In this document: positions 1 to 7,840 of the stretch, piece by piece
How the letters are laid out: each line of letters begins with the position of its first letter
Position numbering within the stretch: the first letter of the stretch is position 1
Assembly: GCA_031430225.1 (NCBI GenBank)
Contig: JANPAZ010000052.1
Span: 1-54,479 of the forward strand
Direction: 5' to 3'
Source of the DNA: Rhodoferax sp.
GTDB taxonomy: Bacteria; Pseudomonadota; Gammaproteobacteria; Burkholderiales; Burkholderiaceae_C
Length of the DNA: 54,479 nucleotides
Program-made: the position numbers and the translations under genes
The notes under the pieces: generated by a model
The model's input: only the letters and a program-made list of their open reading frames with translations
Database searches by the model: none
Told to the model about the DNA's origin: nothing

Positions 1-1
1 C

Positions 2-403
2 GCAGCGGGTGCCAATCACCTCACCGAATACAAACAGTTCACGGACAGTATTGCCGCCAACACCAAAGCGTTTGGCAAACCCGTGTTGCTTTTCAATGGT
101 GATTCCCACGTGTACCGCTCGGACAACCCTTTGGTGGCCGGAGCAGCCTGCGTGATTGAACCTACCTCAGGCGCAACGGCAGTCGCCTGTACTGCGAACA
201 ACATGCCTGCTGGCAGCAACAATCCGGCCGATCCTTATTTGAATCAGCCTCACAACTACAACGTTCCCAATTTTCGCCGGGTGGTCGTGCATGGAAGCAC
301 GAGCCCGCTGGAATACCTCAAATTGAAGGTGGATCCTGCTGCCAATGCGATCAACAGCACAGACTCATTCGGGCCATTTAGTTGGAAACGCGTCAAATCC
401 TGA
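2..403 (+). CDS. C-terminal part of a metallophosphoesterase-like protein (5' end outside the window)
   Basis: Frame 2 is open from the window edge to TGA at 401-403. The 'LLFNGDSHVYRSD' block resembles the late GD/GH-x-H motif of calcineurin-like phosphoesterases. No start codon is needed inside the window. Confidence 0.4.
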   Translation, partial: AAGANHLTEYKQFTDSIAANTKAFGKPVLLFNGDSHVYRSDNPLVAGAACVIEPTSGATAVACTANNMPAGSNNPADPYLNQPHNYNVPNFRRVVVHGSTSPLEYLKLKVDPAANAINSTDSFGPFSWKRVKS

Positions 404-425
404 AAATATTGCATTGCACGCTCGA

Positions 426-451
426 GCGGCCGTCAAACCACTGCCGGCCGC
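426..451 (+). terminator. Candidate intrinsic terminator after the partial phosphoesterase gene
   Basis: GCGGCCG (426-432) pairs with CGGCCGC (445-451) around a 12-nt loop. It is followed by ATTTCATAAAA, so the T-tract is weak. Confidence 0.35.
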
Positions 452-676
452 ATTTCATAAAACTTGCTCTGGCATTTCTCCCTTTCAGCCGATGACCGAG
501 GAACGTGCGGAAACTTTCGGCGCGACAGCTATCTGTAGTGAAGGCCGCTTCGCTCCCTTTCGCTGAGATTGGACGTTTAGTTTTATTGACGGGCTGTTCG
601 ATTTAACAAAAGTTTCACATCACCTGTCACGTCAATGCCATCAAACAGATTTAAATTGCGGGAAAGGAGCAACCAC

Positions 677-1288
677 ATGATGTCTGAATTCTTCAAGCAA
701 CTCTCGATTCAACGCTGGGATGACCATCGCTATTACCATCACAGCCGGATCAATCAATCCTTGCATTTCTTGAGCGCCATCAGCTTTCTGGTCGCCTATG
801 CATTTTTGTTCAAAGACCCGGCGGTCGCTGCCTTGATCGCATGGCTGATCTCCATGACGAGTCGCCAGGCGGGACACTTTTTCTTCGAGCCCCTCGGCTA
901 CGACGAAGTCAATCAGGCGACTCAAGAGCACAAGGAAGAGATCAAGGTGGGTTACAACTTGCGCCGCAAGGTGGTTTTGCTGGCAATCTGGGCCGGTGCG
1001 CCGCTGATTTTGTTTATTGACCCAAGTTTTATGGGTATGGTCGAACCCCATCAGTCTCTTGAAGGGTTTGTCCGGCAAACGGGTGAGCTCTGGCTGATCA
1101 TTGGTGCGGGCGGCCTGTTGTTTCGAACCATTCACCTCTTCTTTCTCAAGGACGTGATGTCTGGCCTGGTCTGGATGACCAAGATTTTGACCGACCCCTT
1201 TCACGACATTTACCTCTATCACAAGGCACCCTTGGCCTTGCTGCGCGGCGAATTGATTGAGCCACGCAAGGCGACTGGTCAGCGCTAA
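677..1288 (+). CDS. Integral membrane protein with conserved His motifs (possibly DUF962/Mpo1-like)
   Basis: AAGGAG lies 7 nt upstream of ATG 677, in frame with the 635 ORF. There are several hydrophobic segments, plus the motifs 'HHSRINQSLHF' and 'RQAGHFFFEP'. The family assignment is tentative. Confidence 0.6.
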   Translation: MMSEFFKQLSIQRWDDHRYYHHSRINQSLHFLSAISFLVAYAFLFKDPAVAALIAWLISMTSRQAGHFFFEPLGYDEVNQATQEHKEEIKVGYNLRRKVVLLAIWAGAPLILFIDPSFMGMVEPHQSLEGFVRQTGELWLIIGAGGLLFRTIHLFFLKDVMSGLVWMTKILTDPFHDIYLYHKAPLALLRGELIEPRKATGQR

Positions 1289-1307
1289 AGCGCTGCGCGC
1301 GCTGCGT

Positions 1308-2987
1308 TTATTTCCGCGCTTGTCGCAGCCTGACCAACAACATCTCGCGCATGACGCGGCGCTTGATGGATTTATTGGTCAAGGCCGCGTCAACTCTCCA
1401 CCAGCCATCACTTTGCATTTGAAGCGCGGCGCGAACAAATCGCCGGGCAACATCGTCGAAATCCGACTCGGTGTAGTTCAGGCTGAAAATGATCCGGCCG
1501 GTTCCAACCCAGCTCAATGCAAGGCCTTCCAGACGCAAGTAGTGCTGAAGCAACCAGTTGTAGCAACCTGGCCGGGTATAGAGAACTGTCCAGATCGACG
1601 ACATGTTGGCGACCTGAACCGGCACGCCCGCGTCATCCAGCATTTCGTTGAGCTTGTGCGACCGCCGATGCCACGTTGCGTCCAAGTCCATGTACAGCCC
1701 CTTGATATCGCTGTTGTCCAGGCGATTCAGAAAGACATTCATGGCTCCCATCACATAGGGATGCGAATTAAACGTGCCGCGCGCAAAACAAATGTCTGCG
1801 GGCGCGTCGTCACGGAATCGCTTCATCCATTGTCTTTTGCCACACACAACGCCCACAGGCAAACCACCGCCAAGCGTTTTCCCATAGGTCACCATGTCTG
1901 CTTGAACCCCGAAGTATTCCTGGGCGCCACCGACGGCAAGGCGAAAGCCCACGAATACCTCGTCAAAAATCAGTGCAATTCCCTTTTGATCGCAAATCTT
2001 CCGAAGCGTCTGCAGCCAGGCAGTGTAGGCGGCCCGGTCGAAAGCGGCCTTGCGCGAACTGTCAATCAAAGAGGAATCACCAGGGGCGGCGCTATTGGGG
2101 TGGAGTGCCTGCAGCGGATTGATGAGAACGCACGCGATGTCGTTGCGATTGCGCAGAACGCGCAGCGTACCTTCGCCCATTTCAGCCAGGGTGAAAGTGT
2201 CTCGCGCCGCAACCGGATTGCCGATTCCCGGCTGAACATCACCCCACCAGCCATGGTAAGAGCCACAGAAGCGCACCACTTTGTCGCGCCCGGTGTGGTA
2301 GCGCGCCAGGCGAACGGCTTGCATGACGGCCTCAGTACCAGACATGTGAAACGACACCTCGTCCATGCCAGAGACTTTTTTGAGTCTCGTCACATTGTCG
2401 GAAACCACAGGGTGGTAAGCACCCAAAACCGGTCCGAGATGGCGCACCAGATCCGCGCCCTGGTCGATACAGTTTTTGTAGAAATCATTGCCAAAGAGGT
2501 TGACGCCATACGAGCCGGTCAGGTCGTAGAACTCGTTGCCATCGAGGTCCGTGACCCTCACACCGGAAGTCGACGTCACAAAAGACCCGATCTTCAGGCC
2601 TTTTGCGACCAGCTTCTGGAACTGGAAAGGCACCCTGTAAGCGCTGACAAACTGCAGGTCGGAGACACCTTGGGCCACTTCACCGGTGACGGCCACGCTC
2701 TTGCTGAATCGCTCCCGGAACCTGGCAACCAGCACGTCAAAGGCAGCCTTGCGCCTCGCAACCAGTTCAGGCGGCGCGCCGTCCACACCAAACGCTTCTG
2801 CTTCCTCATAAACATAAGCCGGCAGCTGCGCGGCAATGCGGCGCGCTGTACGCGGATGCCCCGCCAGCGAGCGATGTTTGGCCAGCGAAAGCTCAACCCT
2901 GGACTTCACCTTTTTCAAGCTACTGGCCACGAACACCGCACCTGACGCCAGCAGAACCCACGATGCCGGTCCCAAAGTTTCATTCAT
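1308..2987 (-). CDS. Class III PLP-dependent aminotransferase (glutamate-1-semialdehyde aminomutase-like) with an N-terminal hydrophobic anchor
   Basis: The 'HMSGTEAVMQAVRLARYHTGRDKVVRFCGSYHGWW' block is typical of class III aminotransferases. The N-terminal 'ASWVLLASGAVFVASSL' segment looks transmembrane. AAGGAGA precedes ATG 2987; GTG 2990 is an alternative start. Confidence 0.85.
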   Translation of the reverse strand: MNETLGPASWVLLASGAVFVASSLKKVKSRVELSLAKHRSLAGHPRTARRIAAQLPAYVYEEAEAFGVDGAPPELVARRKAAFDVLVARFRERFSKSVAVTGEVAQGVSDLQFVSAYRVPFQFQKLVAKGLKIGSFVTSTSGVRVTDLDGNEFYDLTGSYGVNLFGNDFYKNCIDQGADLVRHLGPVLGAYHPVVSDNVTRLKKVSGMDEVSFHMSGTEAVMQAVRLARYHTGRDKVVRFCGSYHGWWGDVQPGIGNPVAARDTFTLAEMGEGTLRVLRNRNDIACVLINPLQALHPNSAAPGDSSLIDSSRKAAFDRAAYTAWLQTLRKICDQKGIALIFDEVFVGFRLAVGGAQEYFGVQADMVTYGKTLGGGLPVGVVCGKRQWMKRFRDDAPADICFARGTFNSHPYVMGAMNVFLNRLDNSDIKGLYMDLDATWHRRSHKLNEMLDDAGVPVQVANMSSIWTVLYTRPGCYNWLLQHYLRLEGLALSWVGTGRIIFSLNYTESDFDDVARRFVRAALQMQSDGWWRVDAALTNKSIKRRVMREMLLVRLRQARK

Positions 2988-3031
2988 CACCCAATCTCCT
3001 TCATGACTAAAATTTCCCGAGGCTTAACAAG

Positions 3032-3913
3032 ATGAACTTTCGCCAGACGATCCAGCGTGTTCTGGCCCATGAGGACCTCAACTTTCTTCTGACCAACCGG
3101 ATTCCACGACGCTGGCTCACCCAATTCATGGGCCGGTTTAGCAAGATCGAGACGCCCTGGGTGCGCGACATGTCGATCGGAATCTGGAAGTTCTTCACCG
3201 ACCTTGACTTGGGTGAGGCTAAGAAGCGCAGCTTCAAAAGCATGCATGACTGCTTCACCCGTGAACTCAAGGCAGGAGTGCGTCCTCTGGACATGAACCC
3301 TGCCGTGATGACGAGCCCGGTGGACGCAATCATTGGCGCGGCGGGCCACATAGACGGCACCCGCGTGTTTCAAGCCAAAGGCTTCCCGTATACCCTTGAA
3401 GATCTGATCGGGCCAGACGAAGCGGTGGACGAATGGCGCAACGGTACTTATGTCACCTTGCGGTTGACCTCCAGCATGTACCACCGGTTTCACGCGCCGC
3501 AAGACTGCATGGTGGAAAAGGTACGCTACTTTTCCGGCGACACGTGGAACGTCAACCCCATCGCTCTCAAACGTGTGGAGAAACTGTTTTGCAAAAATGA
3601 ACGCGCCTTCATCCTGACCCGCCTGACTGGCGCTGGTCCCGCTGGCAACCAGCGGTTTGCGATCGTTCCGGTGGCGGCTATTCTGGTGGCCAGCATCCGC
3701 CTGCACTTTCTTGATACCTTGTTTCACCTGACCTATTCCGGCCCCAAAGCACATGCGTGCTCTGCGCCGTTCAACAAGGGACAGGAAATGGGCTGGTTTC
3801 AGCATGGGTCCACCGTCATCGTCCTGGCCCCAGCCGGCTTTATTTTGAGCGAAGGGTTAAGCCAGGGTGCACGGGTGAAGATGGGCCAGGCCCTCATGCG
3901 CTGGAGCGACTGA
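3032..3913 (+). CDS. psd: Phosphatidylserine decarboxylase proenzyme
   Basis: Collinear with E. coli Psd by eye. 'YHRFHAP' and the self-cleavage region 'GQEMGWFQHGSTVIVL' (G-S-T) are present. Confidence 0.85.
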   Translation: MNFRQTIQRVLAHEDLNFLLTNRIPRRWLTQFMGRFSKIETPWVRDMSIGIWKFFTDLDLGEAKKRSFKSMHDCFTRELKAGVRPLDMNPAVMTSPVDAIIGAAGHIDGTRVFQAKGFPYTLEDLIGPDEAVDEWRNGTYVTLRLTSSMYHRFHAPQDCMVEKVRYFSGDTWNVNPIALKRVEKLFCKNERAFILTRLTGAGPAGNQRFAIVPVAAILVASIRLHFLDTLFHLTYSGPKAHACSAPFNKGQEMGWFQHGSTVIVLAPAGFILSEGLSQGARVKMGQALMRWSD

Positions 3914-5144
3914 CCGGCAAGGAAGAAACGGGGTCTGTCAGGGATGCAAACTGGCGGCCATGCTTGTCAAGCACGCCAGATACTGTTTCGATAAAAGCGT
4001 CAAAAACAGATTCCCAGTGCATGTGCGTCACACTCACCGGCGCAAGTTGACGCAGCTCGGAACGCCTGGCGGGATTGAGCGCCAGCGCAACCGCAGCATT
4101 GATGAAATCCAGCTCTTCGCCAGGCTTGATGAGCACGCCATTGTGATTGCTGGTGATCAACTCCAGCGCCGCTGCATTGGCATACGACAACACAGCCAGA
4201 CCACTTGCCAGTGCCTCGGGCACCACATTGCCAAAAGTTTCGGTCAGGCTTGGGAAAAGAAACAAGTCGGCCGAGGCATAGTGGCTTGCCAGATCACCGC
4301 CCTTTCGGGTCCCCGCAAAAATGGCATCCGGGCACGCCTCCTCAAGCTTGGCGCGAAGTGGTCCGTCGCCAACAAAAACAAGCCGGGTACCAGGGCGCTG
4401 GCTCTGGATTGCCCTGAAGGCGGCAATGACCAGACCCACATTTTTTTCCTTGGCCAGCCGCCCCACTAACAAGACCACCAGATCGTCTGGCCCTGCACCC
4501 CAATGGTCACGCAAGGCAGCTGACCGATGGCCGGGCGAGAACTGATCGATGGCCACACCGCGCGACAGCAGGGTCACATTTTGGTAGCCCCGGCTCTGCA
4601 ACTCCTGCACCATCGCGCGCGTTGGGACCATGGTGGCCTGGGTTCGGTTGTGCAGCTTTCGCAGGTAGTGGTCAATGGAAGTCTTGAGCAGGCCAATCCC
4701 GTAATGTTGGGAGTAGCTTTGGAAATTCGTGTGAAATGAACTTGTGATCGGTAAATTCAGCTTGCGGGCAGCGGCAACCGCAGACCACCCCAGCGGACCT
4801 TCAGTCACCACGTGAACGATGTCAGGCCGCTTCTCACCCCAAAGCTCGACCAGCCGCTTTTTGGCGGGCAGACCAAAGCGCAAGTCTCCGTAGGCCGGCA
4901 ATGCCATGCCTTTTGCAAGAACTTCATCCAGCCCAGCACGGGGCGACTGGCTTCCATCGTGCGCTTGTCGTGGCCGAACCATTTGAATGGCATGACCCCG
5001 TTTCAGAAGCCCCTCAACGATGCGCCCCAACGTCATGGCAACACCATTGACTTCAGGTGGAAATGTCTCGGTGACGATAGCGATGCGCAGGCTGGACGGT
5101 CGGACCGCAAACGATTCAATGACGATATCTTCGGTATTGTTCAC
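3894..5144 (-). CDS. GT4-family (GT-B fold) glycosyltransferase, lipid-glycosyltransferase-like
   Basis: The N-terminal 'RIAIVTETFPPEVNGVAMTL' and the C-terminal 'FPSLTETFGNVVPEALASG' (E-x7-E region) are typical of GT4. The start is GTG at 5144 and is uncertain. The 3' end overlaps psd by 20 bp. Confidence 0.8.
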   Translation of the reverse strand: MNNTEDIVIESFAVRPSSLRIAIVTETFPPEVNGVAMTLGRIVEGLLKRGHAIQMVRPRQAHDGSQSPRAGLDEVLAKGMALPAYGDLRFGLPAKKRLVELWGEKRPDIVHVVTEGPLGWSAVAAARKLNLPITSSFHTNFQSYSQHYGIGLLKTSIDHYLRKLHNRTQATMVPTRAMVQELQSRGYQNVTLLSRGVAIDQFSPGHRSAALRDHWGAGPDDLVVLLVGRLAKEKNVGLVIAAFRAIQSQRPGTRLVFVGDGPLRAKLEEACPDAIFAGTRKGGDLASHYASADLFLFPSLTETFGNVVPEALASGLAVLSYANAAALELITSNHNGVLIKPGEELDFINAAVALALNPARRSELRQLAPVSVTHMHWESVFDAFIETVSGVLDKHGRQFASLTDPVSSLPVSRSSA

Positions 5145-5167
5145 GCCTCAGAGCGTAGGCTGGTGAT

Positions 5168-5196
5168 GTAACAAAGCCGTGATGCTTTTTTGACAT
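5168..5196 (-). promoter_or_regulatory. Three Pho-box-like 7-mers with 11-bp phasing upstream of the GT4 gene (speculative)
   Basis: The minus strand reads ATGTCAA-AAAA-GCATCAC-GGCT-TTGTTAC, matching the CTGTCAT-type half-site at 5/7, 4/7 and 5/7 positions. A TACGCT -10-like hexamer lies 10 bp further on. Confidence 0.2.
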
Positions 5197-5288
5197 TTTG
5201 AAGTCAACCGTGCTGAAAACTGGCTGAAACCTTCATTTCAAAATGGCGCTGCACGTTCACAACTTCAAAGGCAACCGATGCCGCTTTC

Positions 5289-5311
5289 GCAATGAGAAAG
5301 GAGTTCATTGC
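5289..5311 (-). terminator. Weak hairpin just downstream of the chemoreceptor stop codon
   Basis: GCAATGA and TCATTGC form a 7-bp stem with a 9-nt loop, 10 nt past the stop at 5321-5323. There is no clear U-tract. Confidence 0.25.
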
Positions 5312-5320
5312 AAGAATAGT

Positions 5321-6922
5321 TCAAACGATTTTTAGGATTGCCGTTTGGGTTGCTTGACGGTCAGGGAGCAAGAATCGGGAGATAAGCAACTCAAGCTCGT
5401 CCGATTGCTGGCGCAAACTCTCCGCGGCAGCGGCTGATTGCTCGACCAACGCTGAGTTTTGTTGGGTCGCCTGATCCAGTTGCATGACTGAGGCATTTAT
5501 CAGGCCAATACCCTCAGTTTGTGAACGGGTTGCAATGGAAATTTCAGTGATGGCGCCAGTAAGCTCCCGCACGGACTGAACCATTTGAGTCATGACCTGC
5601 CCTGCGCGACCCACCAGAAGGGAGCCGGCATCAACCCGTTCCACTGATTTTTTGACGAGACCGTTTATTTCGCGTGCCGCAGAAGCCGAATGAATGGCCA
5701 GCATTCGCACTTCAGACGCGACCACCGAAAATCCACGTCCGAGCTCTCCCGCCCGGGCGGCCTCAACCGCTGCGTTCAAAGCAAGCAGATTCGTCTGAAA
5801 AGCAATGTTGTCGATGACCCCCACAATGTCAGTGATCTTGTGCGATGAAGTCTTGATGTCTTCCATGGTCCCGATCACTTGCGAAACGACAGCGCCGCCA
5901 TCGGCCGCCATGGCAGTTGATTTCAAGGCCATTTGTTCGGCTCGAGCCGCAGCATCCGCGGACGTGCTGACCATAATACTGACGGAGTCCATTGAGGCAG
6001 CAGTTTGCTGCAAGCTTGCCGCGGCTTCCTCCGTCCGCTGGGAGAGATCGGCGTTGCCGCTGGCGATTTCGGTCGATGCTGTCGACACACTTTCGACGGA
6101 CACCCGAACCTGCCGCACCAATCCTCGAAGGGAATCCTGCATGGCCGACAGTGAATTGAGCAGGACACCAGTTTCATCGCGATCGTGCCCTGTGATTTCC
6201 TGACGAAGATCCAAATTGGCCACACGATTTGCTGTCATGTAAGCCAGCCTCAAGGGGCGCGTGATGCTGCGAACCAGCCAAACCGTCAAAGCGGTTCCGA
6301 CCAGCAGTGCGGCCACGCCAAATGCGATAAGAGCGCTACGAGCCGATGCGCTTAATTGCGAGATTTCGTTGGCTGATTCATCGATATCCTTGCGCGTGGA
6401 TTTGGTGAGTTCACCCAGTGAAGCCTGAAGGCTATTGGAGGATGGTACGAAGCGCTCGGAAAAGACTTTTCGGATGCGTTCTGTGACCCCTGAGTCACGC
6501 GCAGCAATGAGTTCAGTGCGGGCCGCCTGAAAAACGCGTCCAGCCAGTTCAATCTGCTCGAGTAGCTTGATGTCCTTCGGGTCGGACACACCTCGATGCA
6601 GATCCTTGATCAATGCGTCGTACTTCTGCTGGGTCGCAACGATATCAGCGCCAAGAATCTCGCCAACTTCCGGCTCTGAGCTCAAAGCGACCGCTTTGTA
6701 ACGTTCGCTGTTGATGGCCTGGAGTCGCAAAGCATCAATGGCAATTCGTTCCGTCTGAAGACTGAGGTTCACCAAATTCCGGGTACTTTGGTCCACCCTG
6801 TAAAGTGACCACACACCAATGCCTGACCCAACCAAAGTCAGAAACAGGACAAGAGCGGGTACCAGGGATAGTCGTCTGCCGAGCGTCTTTCGGCCGACGG
6901 GTTGCTTCAAAGTTTCAATCAT
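5321..6922 (-). CDS. Methyl-accepting chemotaxis protein
   Basis: It has an N-terminal TM segment, a periplasmic region, a second TM segment and a HAMP-like segment. The highly conserved signalling hairpin '[34 protein letters not shown]' is present. Confidence 0.9.
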   Translation of the reverse strand: MIETLKQPVGRKTLGRRLSLVPALVLFLTLVGSGIGVWSLYRVDQSTRNLVNLSLQTERIAIDALRLQAINSERYKAVALSSEPEVGEILGADIVATQQKYDALIKDLHRGVSDPKDIKLLEQIELAGRVFQAARTELIAARDSGVTERIRKVFSERFVPSSNSLQASLGELTKSTRKDIDESANEISQLSASARSALIAFGVAALLVGTALTVWLVRSITRPLRLAYMTANRVANLDLRQEITGHDRDETGVLLNSLSAMQDSLRGLVRQVRVSVESVSTASTEIASGNADLSQRTEEAAASLQQTAASMDSVSIMVSTSADAAARAEQMALKSTAMAADGGAVVSQVIGTMEDIKTSSHKITDIVGVIDNIAFQTNLLALNAAVEAARAGELGRGFSVVASEVRMLAIHSASAAREINGLVKKSVERVDAGSLLVGRAGQVMTQMVQSVRELTGAITEISIATRSQTEGIGLINASVMQLDQATQQNSALVEQSAAAAESLRQQSDELELLISRFLLPDRQATQTAILKIV

Positions 6923-6985
6923 GCAAACGTTAGTTTTGGGAATTGCGGATTAGAGTTAGTTCCGCGCCCATTGAATGGTTTTCGC

Positions 6986-7019
6986 TCGCCAATCCGCACG
7001 CCGCAAACCGGATTGGCGA
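6986..7019. repeat. Perfect 11-bp inverted repeat in the chemoreceptor upstream region
   Basis: TCGCCAATCCG (6986-6996) and CGGATTGGCGA (7009-7019) are separated by 12 nt. The repeat lies 64-97 bp upstream of the MCP start. Confidence 0.6.
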
Positions 7020-7275
7020 AACCGTCTTACGGAACTTGGGCACTTTAACCAGTGGCTCGTCGCATAGCAGGTCTACCGGTTCGCAGCAACGGAAAAGCAT
7101 CACGCCGATCTTGCCACTCACGCGTTACGCTGCAGTGACAGCCGTGAATTACCCGAAAAAACAATGCCTATGCAACGTCGGTGAGACACCAATGGGTCCA
7201 CGAATGGCTCCGCGCGTCTTCATCAATCTGTCGCATATGTAAGGCAGCATGTAATTTTTACGTCGGAAATGAAGG

Positions 7276-7518
7276 ATGCCCATGACGACCAAGCCTGTAC
7301 GCGAGCGCATCAGCGCCGATGGTTTGCGCTATGACAAAAAGAGGACGAACCCGAGTTTCACAACTTTCAAAAACACTCGCTCCTGCTTTGCCTGCTCAGG
7401 CCATCGCTTGCAGTCTGATGGACTCGTTGCGAGCCTACTGGGCCGATTCGAGTTTTTTTGCTCCCTGGCCTGCAAGGAGAAGATCATCAGACCGAAAGCG
7501 ACGCAGCCTGCGGCATGA
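7276..7518 (+). CDS. Small Cys4 zinc-ribbon protein (TRASH/zf-FCS-like spacing)
   Basis: The pattern C-x2-C-x22-C-x3-C is present ('CFAC...FFCSLACKEK'). A purine-rich GAAGGA lies near the start. ATG 7282 is an alternative start. Confidence 0.4.
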   Translation: MPMTTKPVRERISADGLRYDKKRTNPSFTTFKNTRSCFACSGHRLQSDGLVASLLGRFEFFCSLACKEKIIRPKATQPAA

Positions 7519-7525
7519 GATGGCG

Positions 7526-7723
7526 CTAGATCAGCCCGGCGAGTCTGCTGGCAATCTGTCGAACCGGTCTTTGACGGTGGGAGCCCCATCTCAGGCGTTT
7601 GGAAGCTGCCTTTCGCCGTGCATCCAGACTTTCCTGCAATGACACGACCAAATCGTCCTCCCTTCCATACCGGGACTGGTACTTGGCTTTAAGACGTTCC
7701 AGATTTTCAAGATGTTTCTGCAC
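7526..7723 (-). CDS. Small hypothetical protein, N-terminal half predicted helical/charged
   Basis: GTG start with AAGGAG 8 nt upstream. 'MQKHLENLERLKAKYQSRYGREDD' looks like a genuine coding sequence. No family was recognised. Confidence 0.4.
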   Translation of the reverse strand: MQKHLENLERLKAKYQSRYGREDDLVVSLQESLDARRKAASKRLRWGSHRQRPVRQIASRLAGLI

Positions 7724-7840
7724 GGCAATAACTCCTTTGCGCCAATAATAGCGTGGTGGTCACTCCAGTGGGCTCCTCGGGTACCTGCCTGTTGATCTTG
7801 CTCAAACCAATGGCGCACAACGGGAATCCGAAAGCCTTTC

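Noticed and set aside
612-630. The Pho-box-like pair GTTTCAC-ATCAC-CTGTCAC upstream of the His-motif membrane protein.
   Set aside because: The second half-site is perfect, but the spacing is 12 bp rather than 11. No suitably placed -10 element follows. This is too weak to report as a site.
1257-2945. A 562-aa ORF on the plus strand covering almost the whole aminotransferase locus.
   Set aside because: It is antisense to a gene with unmistakable class III aminotransferase motifs. Its translation is Arg/His/Ala/Val-rich with no recognisable motif, which is the typical GC-rich shadow ORF.
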